Source: Fibrobacteria bacterium (GTDB taxonomy: Bacteria; Fibrobacterota; Fibrobacteria; UBA11236). Taken from it: a DNA stretch of 64,000 nt. The stretch is taken from the NCBI GenBank assembly GCA_043745805.1, contig JAYTSD010000017.1:32001-96000 (forward strand). Direction: 5' to 3'. Made by a program: the position numbers and the translations under genes. Below, piece after piece: positions 1-9,504 of this stretch (position 1 is the stretch's first letter; each line of letters begins with the position of its first letter). The notes under the pieces were generated by a model that saw only the letters and a list, made by a program, of their open reading frames with translations, had not been told where the DNA came from and searched no databases.

Positions 1-1
1 T

Positions 2-1237
2 AATGCATTGAATGCTTGTTTATTTTCACCAGAAAAAAGCAAAGCCTTATCTTCGGATCATGGAACAACTTTGCAATTAAATTTAAAACCCAGCGCCTTA
101 ACCCATGGTACGGCAGGAGTGGTGAGTACGGTTGATTCTGTTAAGGTGGAAATAGTAGGCGATTCTATGAATACGCTTAATTATACCTTTCTGGGATCTT
201 TGCTTAGTCCGAATATTTATGATTTGCCTGCGGGATTAAATCGTCATATCAAAGTGAACTTATTTCACAATGGACATATTACTTATTTAGGAGAATCTAC
301 GGTTGATTTTCCTTTCGGTAAAAAAGTGGAGGTAACTTTAAAGTGTGCGCCTCAATTTTCGCGTATTACGGCATTCTTTCACTTACCCAATCAAGGGCCG
401 TTGATCTCATCGGGTGAACTTTTTCTAAAAGGGTCCGATCAAAATTATGCGACAGCTTTAGAAAAGCAAGGTGAGTTTGCTTTTTTCCATATTGAAGATG
501 TGGTGGGTAACTTAAAATATACTGTCGCCTTAATTTTAAAAGATGTGAATGGAAAAATCATTTATCGTGCCGATGATGCCGGATTTAATTTAAACTTGGG
601 TGAGCAAGTGAGTTTGAATTTGCCTTTAATCGCTCAGCAGGCTTCCGCAGGATTTTCCTTGCAATTATTGCCTACGCCGCAAGCGGAATTGGCAGTGAGT
701 TTCCCAAGCAGCATTCATAATCCTTTAAAAAGTGGCGATTTAATTATTTCCGAACTTTATGTGTCTCCTGCCACCAAGGATTCTGGGGATAAAGGAGAAT
801 GGTTTGAAATTGCTAATCGGAGTGCCGATACTTTAAAATTAAACGGATGCCGCATCACCCGCGATCGCAATAGCCAAGCTATTTCAAAGTCCTTAGATCT
901 TTCTTTGGCTGAAAATATTGCACCGGAAAAAGCCATAACTTGGGGTAAATCCGCAGCGCCATCGCAATTTCATTATGCTGATTTTAATTTAACGGAATCC
1001 TTAACGACCTTGTATTTGTTATGTGCCCAAGATACTTTAACCTTGGACTCATTGCGTTATTCACCGAGTATCTCCGATTCCTTAGCAATACAAATTAAGA
1101 CGGGATGGGTAAGTACTTTAAATCATCGGCAATTGGAAAATCGTCAAGCGCCAAAAAGTTGGTGTTATTCTTCGCAAGCAGACACGGCTTCCGTGAAAGC
1201 TACACCAAGAAGTTTATGGTCGAGTTGTACGGAATAA
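2..1237 (+). CDS. Putative lipoprotein with C-terminal lamin-tail (LTD) domain; 5' end probably truncated by the window edge
   Basis: Frame is open to the window start with lipobox-like LNAC. The LTD signature GDLIISELY...DKGEWFEIANRSADTLKLNGCRI is present. Confidence 0.7.
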   Translation, partial: NALNACLFSPEKSKALSSDHGTTLQLNLKPSALTHGTAGVVSTVDSVKVEIVGDSMNTLNYTFLGSLLSPNIYDLPAGLNRHIKVNLFHNGHITYLGESTVDFPFGKKVEVTLKCAPQFSRITAFFHLPNQGPLISSGELFLKGSDQNYATALEKQGEFAFFHIEDVVGNLKYTVALILKDVNGKIIYRADDAGFNLNLGEQVSLNLPLIAQQASAGFSLQLLPTPQAELAVSFPSSIHNPLKSGDLIISELYVSPATKDSGDKGEWFEIANRSADTLKLNGCRITRDRNSQAISKSLDLSLAENIAPEKAITWGKSAAPSQFHYADFNLTESLTTLYLLCAQDTLTLDSLRYSPSISDSLAIQIKTGWVSTLNHRQLENRQAPKSWCYSSQADTASVKATPRSLWSSCTE

Positions 1238-1259
1238 ATAGTGCTAAGTAGTAAAAACT

Positions 1260-2060
1260 TTAATCGGAATTAGGAGGCGTTGCAGCAGGGGCAATTAAGC
1301 CTTTCTGCAAGAAACCATAAGTAAAGCCAATAGCGCCATAAGTAAGTAAACCACCCATTAAAAATTCGGGATAGATCATTCCAAATCCACTACTGTATCC
1401 CAAAACGATACCGATTATTTGTATGAGATTTAGCCATTTACCTTTACGTCTAACCAGTTTAGGCAAATAAAGCGGACTCACCATCAATATGCCAGTGAAA
1501 ATTAAAATAAGCGGTAAATAAATTATTTGTCCTGTTCCCGCAGCAATCATATTGTGTTTGTAAATCAAAAGAATATTTACCGCAACCCAACCACCCGCAA
1601 AGGTGGAAGGTAGTCCATGAAAATAATTCACTAATTCTTCGGAATCGACAGAATTATAACGGGCCAATCGTAAAGAGGCACATAGCACATATACCGCCAT
1701 GGATATAATCATCAATGGACGATGGTCATTAAACCATAAGGGATCCATGAGTTGCACGGTGAAATAAACAAGGAAACCCGGCGCTACTCCAAAAGCTACT
1801 AAATCAGCTAAGCTATCGAATTGTGCGCCAAAATCGGAAGAGGCTTTTAAAATTTTTGCAGCAAAGCCATCGAGTTTATCAAAAAGTACGCACCAAACAA
1901 TCATCCATGCACCAAGTACCATAGGCGGTTTGGAGAAGCCAAGTAAGTGTTGGGTAGGATCGGCGCTGGTAAATGATTCAGTCATCACCACGATGGAAAA
2001 TATGCCGAGTAAAAAATTTAAACCAGTAAACAAATTGGGAACTAGATATCGTTTTTGCAT
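1260..2060 (-). CDS. pssA: CDP-alcohol phosphatidyltransferase, phosphatidylserine synthase-like
   Basis: N-terminal PNLFT motif; CDP-alcohol phosphotransferase motif DKLDGFAAK...SDFGAQFDSLADLVAFGVAP; LRLARYN and FHGLPST; multiple TM helices. Confidence 0.85.
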   Translation of the reverse strand: MQKRYLVPNLFTGLNFLLGIFSIVVMTESFTSADPTQHLLGFSKPPMVLGAWMIVWCVLFDKLDGFAAKILKASSDFGAQFDSLADLVAFGVAPGFLVYFTVQLMDPLWFNDHRPLMIISMAVYVLCASLRLARYNSVDSEELVNYFHGLPSTFAGGWVAVNILLIYKHNMIAAGTGQIIYLPLILIFTGILMVSPLYLPKLVRRKGKWLNLIQIIGIVLGYSSGFGMIYPEFLMGGLLTYGAIGFTYGFLQKGLIAPAATPPNSD

Positions 2061-2077
2061 GGGGTAAAATTTAACCT

Positions 2078-4759
2078 CTAAGGAAGATTTTCGGTATTAA
2101 TTGGAAAGGAAAGTAAGAAATTTTGAGCAGTAGAAATGTAAAGGGTATTTCCGGAAATAATCGGTGTACCGGGCATTTCGGGTAATTTAAATTTGGCTAA
2201 AACTTGATGATTAAAATTGCGTTTTTCTAAAGCGGGTTCATTTGTTCCTATCCAATAAGATTTTTCTCCTATGGCGGGTTTCAAAAATAATTCATTGGGA
2301 AAATTTGTTTGTGCTAAAGTCTCGCCGGTTTGGGCATTTAAGGTGAGCATTTTTTTCGAACCTAAAGTAATAAGCACGACATTTTCGTGATTACCCGATA
2401 GACTAAAGATTTGATCTCCAAAATTACGCGACCATAGGAGGGCCTTGGTATTTTTATCGAGCGCTACAATTTGCCCTTGAGTATAGCCTGCATAGACATT
2501 TTCTTTTCCTGCAAAAACTTCGGTTACTGTACCCGCAGGAAGATTAAAAGACCAAAGGGTATTTCCGGTTTTAGCATTGAGAGCATAAAAGTGACCTTCA
2601 AAATCAATAGCATCCACATTATCAAGGCCTTTGCTTTTTAAAATTTGAAAACCGGTATGTCCTAATTTTTGATTCCAAAGAATTTTTTGTTGTCCTAGGG
2701 AAATAGAAAATAAATGACCTTGCCAATCACTGGCAATAATATTGGAATTGATGACAATGGCTTGGCATAGGGGATTTTTAAGTGTGATTTGACCAACCGA
2801 TCCTAGTGGCATATTGGGAGCTAAAAAATATAAATGATTATTACTACTCACACATAAGGTATCGCCTTTCCAAAAGGCAATGCGCCCATCAATTTCTTCC
2901 GGAAAGTGAAAAGTATTAATGAGTTCGCCATGTGCATTATTGATTAAAGTGATGCTTTGATTATCCTGCTCAATAAAAAAAGTCATATTCTTATGCGGAA
3001 TAATATTGGGATAGCCCGCGGGGCCAGTTTTTCTTTTCCAAATCCAATTTGCATCTAAAAAAGTAGCCATATTTTTTAAGAGGGGATGATTGGAGCTAGC
3101 AGGAACATAAGTAGAGCGCGTCGCTTCTAAAAGACATTGATACGCTTCGGTACGTAGTCCACCAAAATTTTTCAAATTGGAAAAACGATAATTCCACGCT
3201 AAACCATTGCCTGGTTCTAGTGCTAATATTTTTTTGAGTTCACTTTGTGCATTGTTTTGATCTTCTTTTTGCGAGAGCGGAATATAGGTTTGAAATTTTA
3301 ATGTTGGGGAATAGGCCGTGATTTTTAAAAGGTCGGTTTTTAAAACAATGCGTTTACCATCGGCGTAATGTACCCAAATTTTATCTTCACTTGGTAAAAA
3401 TTTGGGATCTTGATCGGCGCCATATTCATAGTTCCATAAAACTTTACCTTCCCGATTCAAGCTTAAACAATTGTGATTAAAGGTTAATACGAGTATGCCT
3501 GCTTCATACAAAATGATTTGTGCCGCAGCAAAATCTTTTTGCCATTCTATTTCACCATTACTGGAATTGAGGGATGTAATTGTCCCTTTGGAATTTAATA
3601 CATAAATATGTTGTCGATTTAAATAAAATTGATCTTGAATTTGCGCCGGAATAGTCCATTTGGGAGTATCATAATTAGGAGCGGTAAGCCATGCAAAGGT
3701 GTTAAGGGTTTGTAGCCCTAGGTTACGGTCTTGATAAAATACATTTAAAGGCTTTTCGGTTTGCCCTTTTAAAGCATGCATGGTTTTTTTGTTTAAGTCT
3801 ACTTGTACGATTCCATCGCTGCATTGAATAAAAATATTTTTGCCGAGTGCTTCACGTGCATCTTGGCTTGGCATTTGGCAATGCTCAAAGGGTAATGTGG
3901 TTTCCCATGCTTTTTTGAAGGCATGAAAATAGCACAGTTTTTTATTACCCCATAAAAGTATTTCGCCTTGATTACCGGAAATGATTTTACCATTTTCAAA
4001 GCCAATTTCTAGTGGAAAGTTAACCTGCAAGTTTCCTTTGGTGTCCATTATTTGGATGGTTTTTCGATTCTGAGAAAAGAGTAAACACACTTCCGCAGTT
4101 AAATCAATAACTTCTTGGTCGCTATTAATTTGTAAGGGCCACATTAAAAAATCGCCTTGTTCTTTTTGTATGCCAAATTGAAAATGGTCGACTTGATTCG
4201 AAGAGGTTCCCGAAAACATTAGATTATACACCATTCCGTGCAAAGTGTTTTGTGGAAAAACTTTAATTAGTCCAGAAATAGCCTTAGCACCAAAATCCAT
4301 GGGTCTTAAGCTTTGTGGGTTTAAGGCAAAGAGTTTTGTGTAAAGTAGCAGCTTTTCGGAAGGCATGAGGCCTGCGGCACTTAAATTAAGCGTAGCCTCA
4401 TAAGGCTCAAGAATGGCTTTCTGAGAGGGAAGGGTATGATTACCTTGGGAAAGGGCTTTTTCATGCAAGCGACCCAGCAAATAATAGGCTTGGGATTTTA
4501 TTTCTTTATTCTGTGAACTATCAATGAGTTTTTGTAATTGATTTTCAACCGGCATAATTTGGTTTTCAATATTTAAACGATAGCGAATAGATTCAATTTC
4601 TCTTTGTTCTTCTGTATACTGCGTATTACGTGGGGATAAGGCTTGGACACAAATAAAAGACCATAGGCATATAGTAAGACTTGTTTTAAGGCTTATGGAA
4701 ATACTTGCAGCGGCCTGTTTAATGGCATTATAAAAAAAATGTGTATTTGAAATCGGCAT
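2078..4759 (-). CDS. Exported PQQ-like/BamB-like beta-propeller repeat protein with TPR-like segments
   Basis: Repeated Trp-docking motifs (SLNSSNGEIEWQ, GKVLWNY, ALNAKTGNTLWSF, ALDKNTKALLWS); TPR-like QAYYLLGRLHE and ILALEPGNGLAW. Confidence 0.7.
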   Translation of the reverse strand: MPISNTHFFYNAIKQAAASISISLKTSLTICLWSFICVQALSPRNTQYTEEQREIESIRYRLNIENQIMPVENQLQKLIDSSQNKEIKSQAYYLLGRLHEKALSQGNHTLPSQKAILEPYEATLNLSAAGLMPSEKLLLYTKLFALNPQSLRPMDFGAKAISGLIKVFPQNTLHGMVYNLMFSGTSSNQVDHFQFGIQKEQGDFLMWPLQINSDQEVIDLTAEVCLLFSQNRKTIQIMDTKGNLQVNFPLEIGFENGKIISGNQGEILLWGNKKLCYFHAFKKAWETTLPFEHCQMPSQDAREALGKNIFIQCSDGIVQVDLNKKTMHALKGQTEKPLNVFYQDRNLGLQTLNTFAWLTAPNYDTPKWTIPAQIQDQFYLNRQHIYVLNSKGTITSLNSSNGEIEWQKDFAAAQIILYEAGILVLTFNHNCLSLNREGKVLWNYEYGADQDPKFLPSEDKIWVHYADGKRIVLKTDLLKITAYSPTLKFQTYIPLSQKEDQNNAQSELKKILALEPGNGLAWNYRFSNLKNFGGLRTEAYQCLLEATRSTYVPASSNHPLLKNMATFLDANWIWKRKTGPAGYPNIIPHKNMTFFIEQDNQSITLINNAHGELINTFHFPEEIDGRIAFWKGDTLCVSSNNHLYFLAPNMPLGSVGQITLKNPLCQAIVINSNIIASDWQGHLFSISLGQQKILWNQKLGHTGFQILKSKGLDNVDAIDFEGHFYALNAKTGNTLWSFNLPAGTVTEVFAGKENVYAGYTQGQIVALDKNTKALLWSRNFGDQIFSLSGNHENVVLITLGSKKMLTLNAQTGETLAQTNFPNELFLKPAIGEKSYWIGTNEPALEKRNFNHQVLAKFKLPEMPGTPIISGNTLYISTAQNFLLSFPINTENLP

Positions 4760-5475
4760 TACGAATTTTTTTGTGGAGGAGGATCAAATTTATAGCCGAC
4801 GCCTCTTACGCTCTTTATGATTAAAGGATTTCCAATATCGGTTTCTATTTTTTGGCGTAGTTTTACTATTTGATTATCTACAGTTCGAGTGGTAGGCATA
4901 TTTTCTAAAGTATAACCCCAAATATTTTGTAATAAATCTTCACGGGTAACCACTTCTCCGCTGCGGCCATAAAAGTATTTTAGAATTTGAAATTCTTTAG
5001 CTGATAAATCGAGTGTTACGCCATTTTTTGTGGCCGTATACTTTTTGAAGTCTAAGTGAAAATCTGCAAAGTCAAGGGTATCAATGGTTGTTGCTGTGGA
5101 AATGGTTTCCAAGGCGACTCGACGTAACATACTTTTTATACGAGCCATTAATTCAATGACGCTAAATGGTTTGGTTACATAATCATCCGCACCACTTTCT
5201 AGCCCTGATATTTTGTTGATTTCTTCATTTTTGGCAGTAAGCATTAGTACAAACATATGCGGAAATTGTTTGCGTATAAATCGACAGACTTCGTATCCAC
5301 TGGCTTTAGGGAGCATTAAATCCAGTAATACCAAATGCGGTTGCCAAGCACTTACTTTGCGCATGGCTTCTTCGCCATCGATGGCGATTTCAATGGCATA
5401 GCCTTCGATTTCTAATAAATCGACCAAGCCTAAGCGGATGGACTCTTCGTCTTCGACGATTAATATTTTATGCAT
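4759..5475 (-). CDS. OmpR/PhoB-family DNA-binding response regulator
   Basis: Receiver motifs ILIVEDE, LLDLMLP, MLTAK and GADDYVTKPF; winged-helix RTVDNQIVKLRQKIE...SVRGVGYKF. Confidence 0.95.
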   Translation of the reverse strand: MHKILIVEDEESIRLGLVDLLEIEGYAIEIAIDGEEAMRKVSAWQPHLVLLDLMLPKASGYEVCRFIRKQFPHMFVLMLTAKNEEINKISGLESGADDYVTKPFSVIELMARIKSMLRRVALETISTATTIDTLDFADFHLDFKKYTATKNGVTLDLSAKEFQILKYFYGRSGEVVTREDLLQNIWGYTLENMPTTRTVDNQIVKLRQKIETDIGNPLIIKSVRGVGYKFDPPPQKNS

Positions 5476-7435
5476 GCTTTTCTAACCCTTTAGAAAAAAT
5501 GATGATCATGTCGGTGCCTTCATTTAATTTGCTATTCACTTTAATGCTGGCATGATGGGAATCTAAAATTTGTTTTACGATGGTAAGTCCCAAGCCACTG
5601 CCTTTGGTTTTGCGCGTAAGCTCATCGCCGGCTCTATAAAATTTATCAAAAATATGTTTTAAATCATTACCGGATATTCCAATACCCTGATCCCGTACAC
5701 TTAAAATTAAATGATGACTATTTAGCGTTACGGTAACGGTTGTGTCTGCAGGTGAATATTTCAGTGAATTCTCTAATAAATTTTGTACCACGGAACGCAA
5801 GGCATGAAAATCCCCTTGTACTACGGTATCCGTGTCCAAATTCAATTGTAATTTTATCTCTGCTTTAGCAAATGACTCTTGCATTAAATCGGCAACTTCT
5901 TTTATCACCTTATCAAGAGTAACGGCAGTAAATTTTTTTGGAGAATTCTTTTCTTCTAGGCGATTGAAATTTAAAATATCTTCAATCATACTTTGCAGGC
6001 GTATGCTTTCTTGCCCAATGAGCTTGGCATAACGACGAATTTTACTTTCTTCGGTTTGTTTACCACTTTCAATAATTTCAGCGAACATACGTATAGCAGT
6101 TAAGGGCGTTTTTAATTCATGGGATACCGCCGACAAAAAATTACTTTTCATTTTAACCATACCACGCTCATTACGCAAACCCACAAAAACAGCGAAAGAT
6201 CCTAATAGCAAGGCCGTTAAAGAGAAACCTAATACGGTATAAAGCAGTATGATTTTTTTATGTCCCAGGGCGGCAACTTCACTGGCTTGCTTTTTGAAAA
6301 TTACCATTTTCCATGTGGGAAATTCGCCATGTAAATTTTTTTCTAAGGCAATGTCGCGTTCGCCGTGCGATTCTTTAGTTTCAGTAGTTAATAAGGGATT
6401 GCCTTTTTGATCATAAAGTTCAAAATCAATTTCGCCCCAAGTGGAAGTTTTATCTTTGAGTACTTCTGAGCGAATATTTTCTACCAAAAGATTTTCATTG
6501 AGACGAATGATGATATTTATTTCTTGATCCACCCAAGGATAACCAATAATGAGAAACGGCTGCCCGTCTTCATAATGAATTTGCATAGGGCTGGTATAAT
6601 CTTCGGCTGCATTGCGAATTAATGCTTCGGGATGAATTTTCCAATCCTGTAAAATAAATTCGGCATTGGATAATATAATATCCGCGCGTTCATGCATAGA
6701 CCAAAAATAATCGCGTACTTCGCGCGGTAGCGTTTCTCGTGAATTCAATAAATTAATACTTTCCGTTAGATAAAAATGAATTTCCGAATAACTGGAAAAT
6801 CCCTCGCTAGTTAATAAAGCATGAATAAATTCTTTACCATGTTGCGCGGCTTCTATATTGAGATTTAAAGCCACCAGACATTTAAGTTCTAATAAAGCAA
6901 TGCCAAAGCGATAAGAAGTGGGAATAGTATTGTCGAAATTATTGTCCAAGGGATGCAATAAGTTGCGGATAAGATGAATACAGGAATTGTAACGACCTTG
7001 ATTGAATTCTTCTTGTATTTGTTTAAATAGCTCGGCCTGTTTAACTGGCCAAGCACTGGGCTCTAAACCCACATTATTTAAATCTTCTTCATTCGCCAGA
7101 TGTTGCGGAAAAAGCATTCGCTCTCTTTGGTAAATAGCGACGGATTGAAATAAAGGCATATGTAATAAATCAGTAGCTAAAGCAATAAATTGTTCGCGAT
7201 CATCAATGCTCCCTATTTTTTGTAATCGAGCTTTTAAGTTTTTTAAATATTCACTTTGAGTTTTTTCCATGACTTGATTTACTGCAGTGAATAACTCTAA
7301 ATTTTTGTTTTCCAGAGATTTTTCTAAAAGAATTCTTTCGTCTTTAGCGGTGCGAAAACTGATATAGCTAAGTATGAGTCCGGGAATCAAAATACTGATA
7401 AGGAATATTAAATACAGATGTTTAGAAAAATTCAC
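5468..7435 (-). CDS. Membrane sensor histidine kinase (HisKA + HATPase_c) with large periplasmic domain
   Basis: Two TM segments; H-box FLSAVSHELKTPLT; N-box NLLENSLKYS; G1 DQGIGI; F-box IFDKFYR; G2 GSGLGL. Overlaps the regulator start. Confidence 0.95.
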   Translation of the reverse strand: MNFSKHLYLIFLISILIPGLILSYISFRTAKDERILLEKSLENKNLELFTAVNQVMEKTQSEYLKNLKARLQKIGSIDDREQFIALATDLLHMPLFQSVAIYQRERMLFPQHLANEEDLNNVGLEPSAWPVKQAELFKQIQEEFNQGRYNSCIHLIRNLLHPLDNNFDNTIPTSYRFGIALLELKCLVALNLNIEAAQHGKEFIHALLTSEGFSSYSEIHFYLTESINLLNSRETLPREVRDYFWSMHERADIILSNAEFILQDWKIHPEALIRNAAEDYTSPMQIHYEDGQPFLIIGYPWVDQEINIIIRLNENLLVENIRSEVLKDKTSTWGEIDFELYDQKGNPLLTTETKESHGERDIALEKNLHGEFPTWKMVIFKKQASEVAALGHKKIILLYTVLGFSLTALLLGSFAVFVGLRNERGMVKMKSNFLSAVSHELKTPLTAIRMFAEIIESGKQTEESKIRRYAKLIGQESIRLQSMIEDILNFNRLEEKNSPKKFTAVTLDKVIKEVADLMQESFAKAEIKLQLNLDTDTVVQGDFHALRSVVQNLLENSLKYSPADTTVTVTLNSHHLILSVRDQGIGISGNDLKHIFDKFYRAGDELTRKTKGSGLGLTIVKQILDSHHASIKVNSKLNEGTDMIIIFSKGLEKHA

Positions 7436-7444
7436 AGCATCTCA

Positions 7445-7681
7445 TTAGAAGAAAATATTTTCTAAGCCTTGTAATATGCCTTCGCCTAAATGCTGATAAA
7501 TAAAATTTCGGGTGAAGGGAAAATTATACACTTCCAAACAAAGCAATACCATACTCAAAACCAGTAAGCTCACAAATAAACCTGTAAAATAATAGAGGAA
7601 AAAAGAAATTAAAGCCCGAGGTTTCTGGGAACGGGGTTGAATTGCAAGGGCATATAAAAAGTGAATAATTTTTTCGGTCAT
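7445..7681 (-). CDS. Small membrane protein of unknown function
   Basis: 78-aa ORF with one long hydrophobic segment, ending 9 bp before the kinase start on the same strand. Confidence 0.5.
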   Translation of the reverse strand: MTEKIIHFLYALAIQPRSQKPRALISFFLYYFTGLFVSLLVLSMVLLCLEVYNFPFTRNFIYQHLGEGILQGLENIFF

Positions 7682-7783
7682 AGTGTAAAATATTATTTTC
7701 CGCTTATGCGGTAGACCGGATTAAAATTACAAAATTTGTAGGAAAAAGCAGTTTATCACGGGTTTAAACTGCCATTGGAAGGA

Positions 7784-8866
7784 TTAATTTAGCGATTGTA
7801 CGGCCACTGCAAAATCGCCGCGATTAATAATACCTGGAAAAATATCATGTAAAAACACCGTGGCCGAATTTTTCCCTACATTTACTAGTACACCGCTAGC
7901 TAAAACTTTATCCGTAACCTTGTGATTGGTGGAATTATAGATTAATAGGACATCTCCAAGTTTAAAACCTTTATTTGCACCTTCGTCGATCAATAAATAA
8001 CCGAATTGTTCAGGTACTTGTTGTTGTTGAACTACAAAAACGACATGGGCGCTTTGATCGCCATTGGGAAGTGGGCTATAAACTTGCCCCGTTAAATCAT
8101 GATATTCATCTACTGGGGTAGCACGCGCTTCGCGCGATATAGTTCCAAAACATTGCACCAAAACGCCAATTGCATTTTTAGTATTAACGCGAGTAATTTT
8201 AACGACACCTTGCGTGGTGACAATTTTACCCAAACGATCGCCACTAGTAAAATGATGAAACATATCACCCGATTCAAAAATTTTATAAAGATCACCGACT
8301 TTAACTCCATCATTGGAGCCTCTGCCAATTTTTATTTCTTCATACAATTGTAAAATAGCGCTTTCATTGGAAGGACTGTATTTAATAGATGTTTCATCGG
8401 GATAAATTTTTCCATGTTGGGTAAACGCAAAAAAGGGCGCATCAAAAATTAATTCGCGGGCAAAATAATGGGTTTCATTAGCGGATTCAGTATTTTTAGA
8501 ATTGCTTTTGATGTCATTGGGATCGGGGATGGGAATATGTTTTGCATCAGTAACTATGGGCAAGCCGTCGATTTTTTTTCGAAAGGCTTTTACTCGAAGT
8601 TCGTTAGCGCTGGGCGCTTTTGCATTTTTAGAAGCTTCCGCTAAGGAGGGTTTGGAATAATCCGCCTTGTTTTTCATGGCCTGATTCTTCGCGGAATCGA
8701 GACCTTCAGCACTTTGAGAATAGTTTTTCCAAACGCTAGGCCATTTAAAGGGATCTTTCAAATAGGTTTTGCTCACTTCCCACAATTCAGCCCCTTTTAG
8801 GGTTTTTGCCTCAATCAGGGTTGATGCGACAATGGTTATCGCAATTATAATGGAAGAAAACTGCAT
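7784..8866 (-). CDS. Exported protein with degenerate LysM and two FlgT_C-like domains (TsaP-like architecture)
   Basis: Signal peptide from the second Met (GAGGG RBS upstream); LWEVSKTYLKDPFKWPSVW LysM-type motif; IGRGSNDGVKVGD and IDEGANKGFKLGD repeats. Confidence 0.6.
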   Translation of the reverse strand: MQFSSIIIAITIVASTLIEAKTLKGAELWEVSKTYLKDPFKWPSVWKNYSQSAEGLDSAKNQAMKNKADYSKPSLAEASKNAKAPSANELRVKAFRKKIDGLPIVTDAKHIPIPDPNDIKSNSKNTESANETHYFARELIFDAPFFAFTQHGKIYPDETSIKYSPSNESAILQLYEEIKIGRGSNDGVKVGDLYKIFESGDMFHHFTSGDRLGKIVTTQGVVKITRVNTKNAIGVLVQCFGTISREARATPVDEYHDLTGQVYSPLPNGDQSAHVVFVVQQQQVPEQFGYLLIDEGANKGFKLGDVLLIYNSTNHKVTDKVLASGVLVNVGKNSATVFLHDIFPGIINRGDFAVAVQSLN

Positions 8867-9240
8867 AAATCCCTCGATCATGGAACTATTTCGAAAATCA
8901 ATCGAAATTCGAAAAACAATGACTAATCATGAGATTTTTTAGGGAATCTGGCAAGGAATTTCCACAAATTAGGCTATAAATCGGGAAATAATTGTCGTTA
9001 TAAAGCCCCTCTTTTGCATGTTTTTAAAAGCGAGCGCTAAAATAGCCCATAAACCACGGAATAACAGGGTTTTGATAGAGGTAAAAAGCGTATTCCTAAA
9101 TGTTGCTTCTAGGTCGTTTATTGGGGCCTTAATAAAGTGCGAAGCAAAGTGCTAATTCGGATAGGCTAAATAACCAGAATTTAACGACTTAAGCCAGCCA
9201 CCCTTTATAATTAAAGCTGCATTCAAAACAGGAGGCAATT

Positions 9241-9501
9241 ATGTTACCAGAACATAATGCAAAATTAATTGAATATTTTACTACCGGCCAGGTAGCGAAA
9301 ATGTTACGCGTATCAGTATCCACTTTAAAGCGATGGTTAGAGGAATCTCCAAATTTAGCTGTGCATCGAGAAAACGCAAGTGGTTGGCGATTATTTACCA
9401 ATTTGGAAATCGCTAAGTTACGCGAATGGCAAAGACGTAAGAAAAAAATCGGAAAAACCTTTAAGCCTTCTACCCTTCGTCCATCCGATGAGAAGGCATA
9501 A
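9241..9501 (+). CDS. Small MerR/BldC/Xis-like helix-turn-helix DNA-binding protein
   Basis: YFTTGQVAKMLRVSVSTLKRW...GWRLFTNLEI motif; AGGAGG RBS upstream; no effector domain. Confidence 0.8.
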   Translation: MLPEHNAKLIEYFTTGQVAKMLRVSVSTLKRWLEESPNLAVHRENASGWRLFTNLEIAKLREWQRRKKKIGKTFKPSTLRPSDEKA

Positions 9502-9504
9502 ATA

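Noticed and set aside
8891-8914. Three TCGAAA direct repeats as a binding site for the BldC-like protein
   Set aside because: Short, irregularly spaced (11 and 7 bp) and plausible by chance in AT-rich DNA.
9241-9501. Prophage/ICE excisionase
   Set aside because: No integrase, att-like repeats, tRNA or phage genes nearby; the gene is embedded in an envelope operon.
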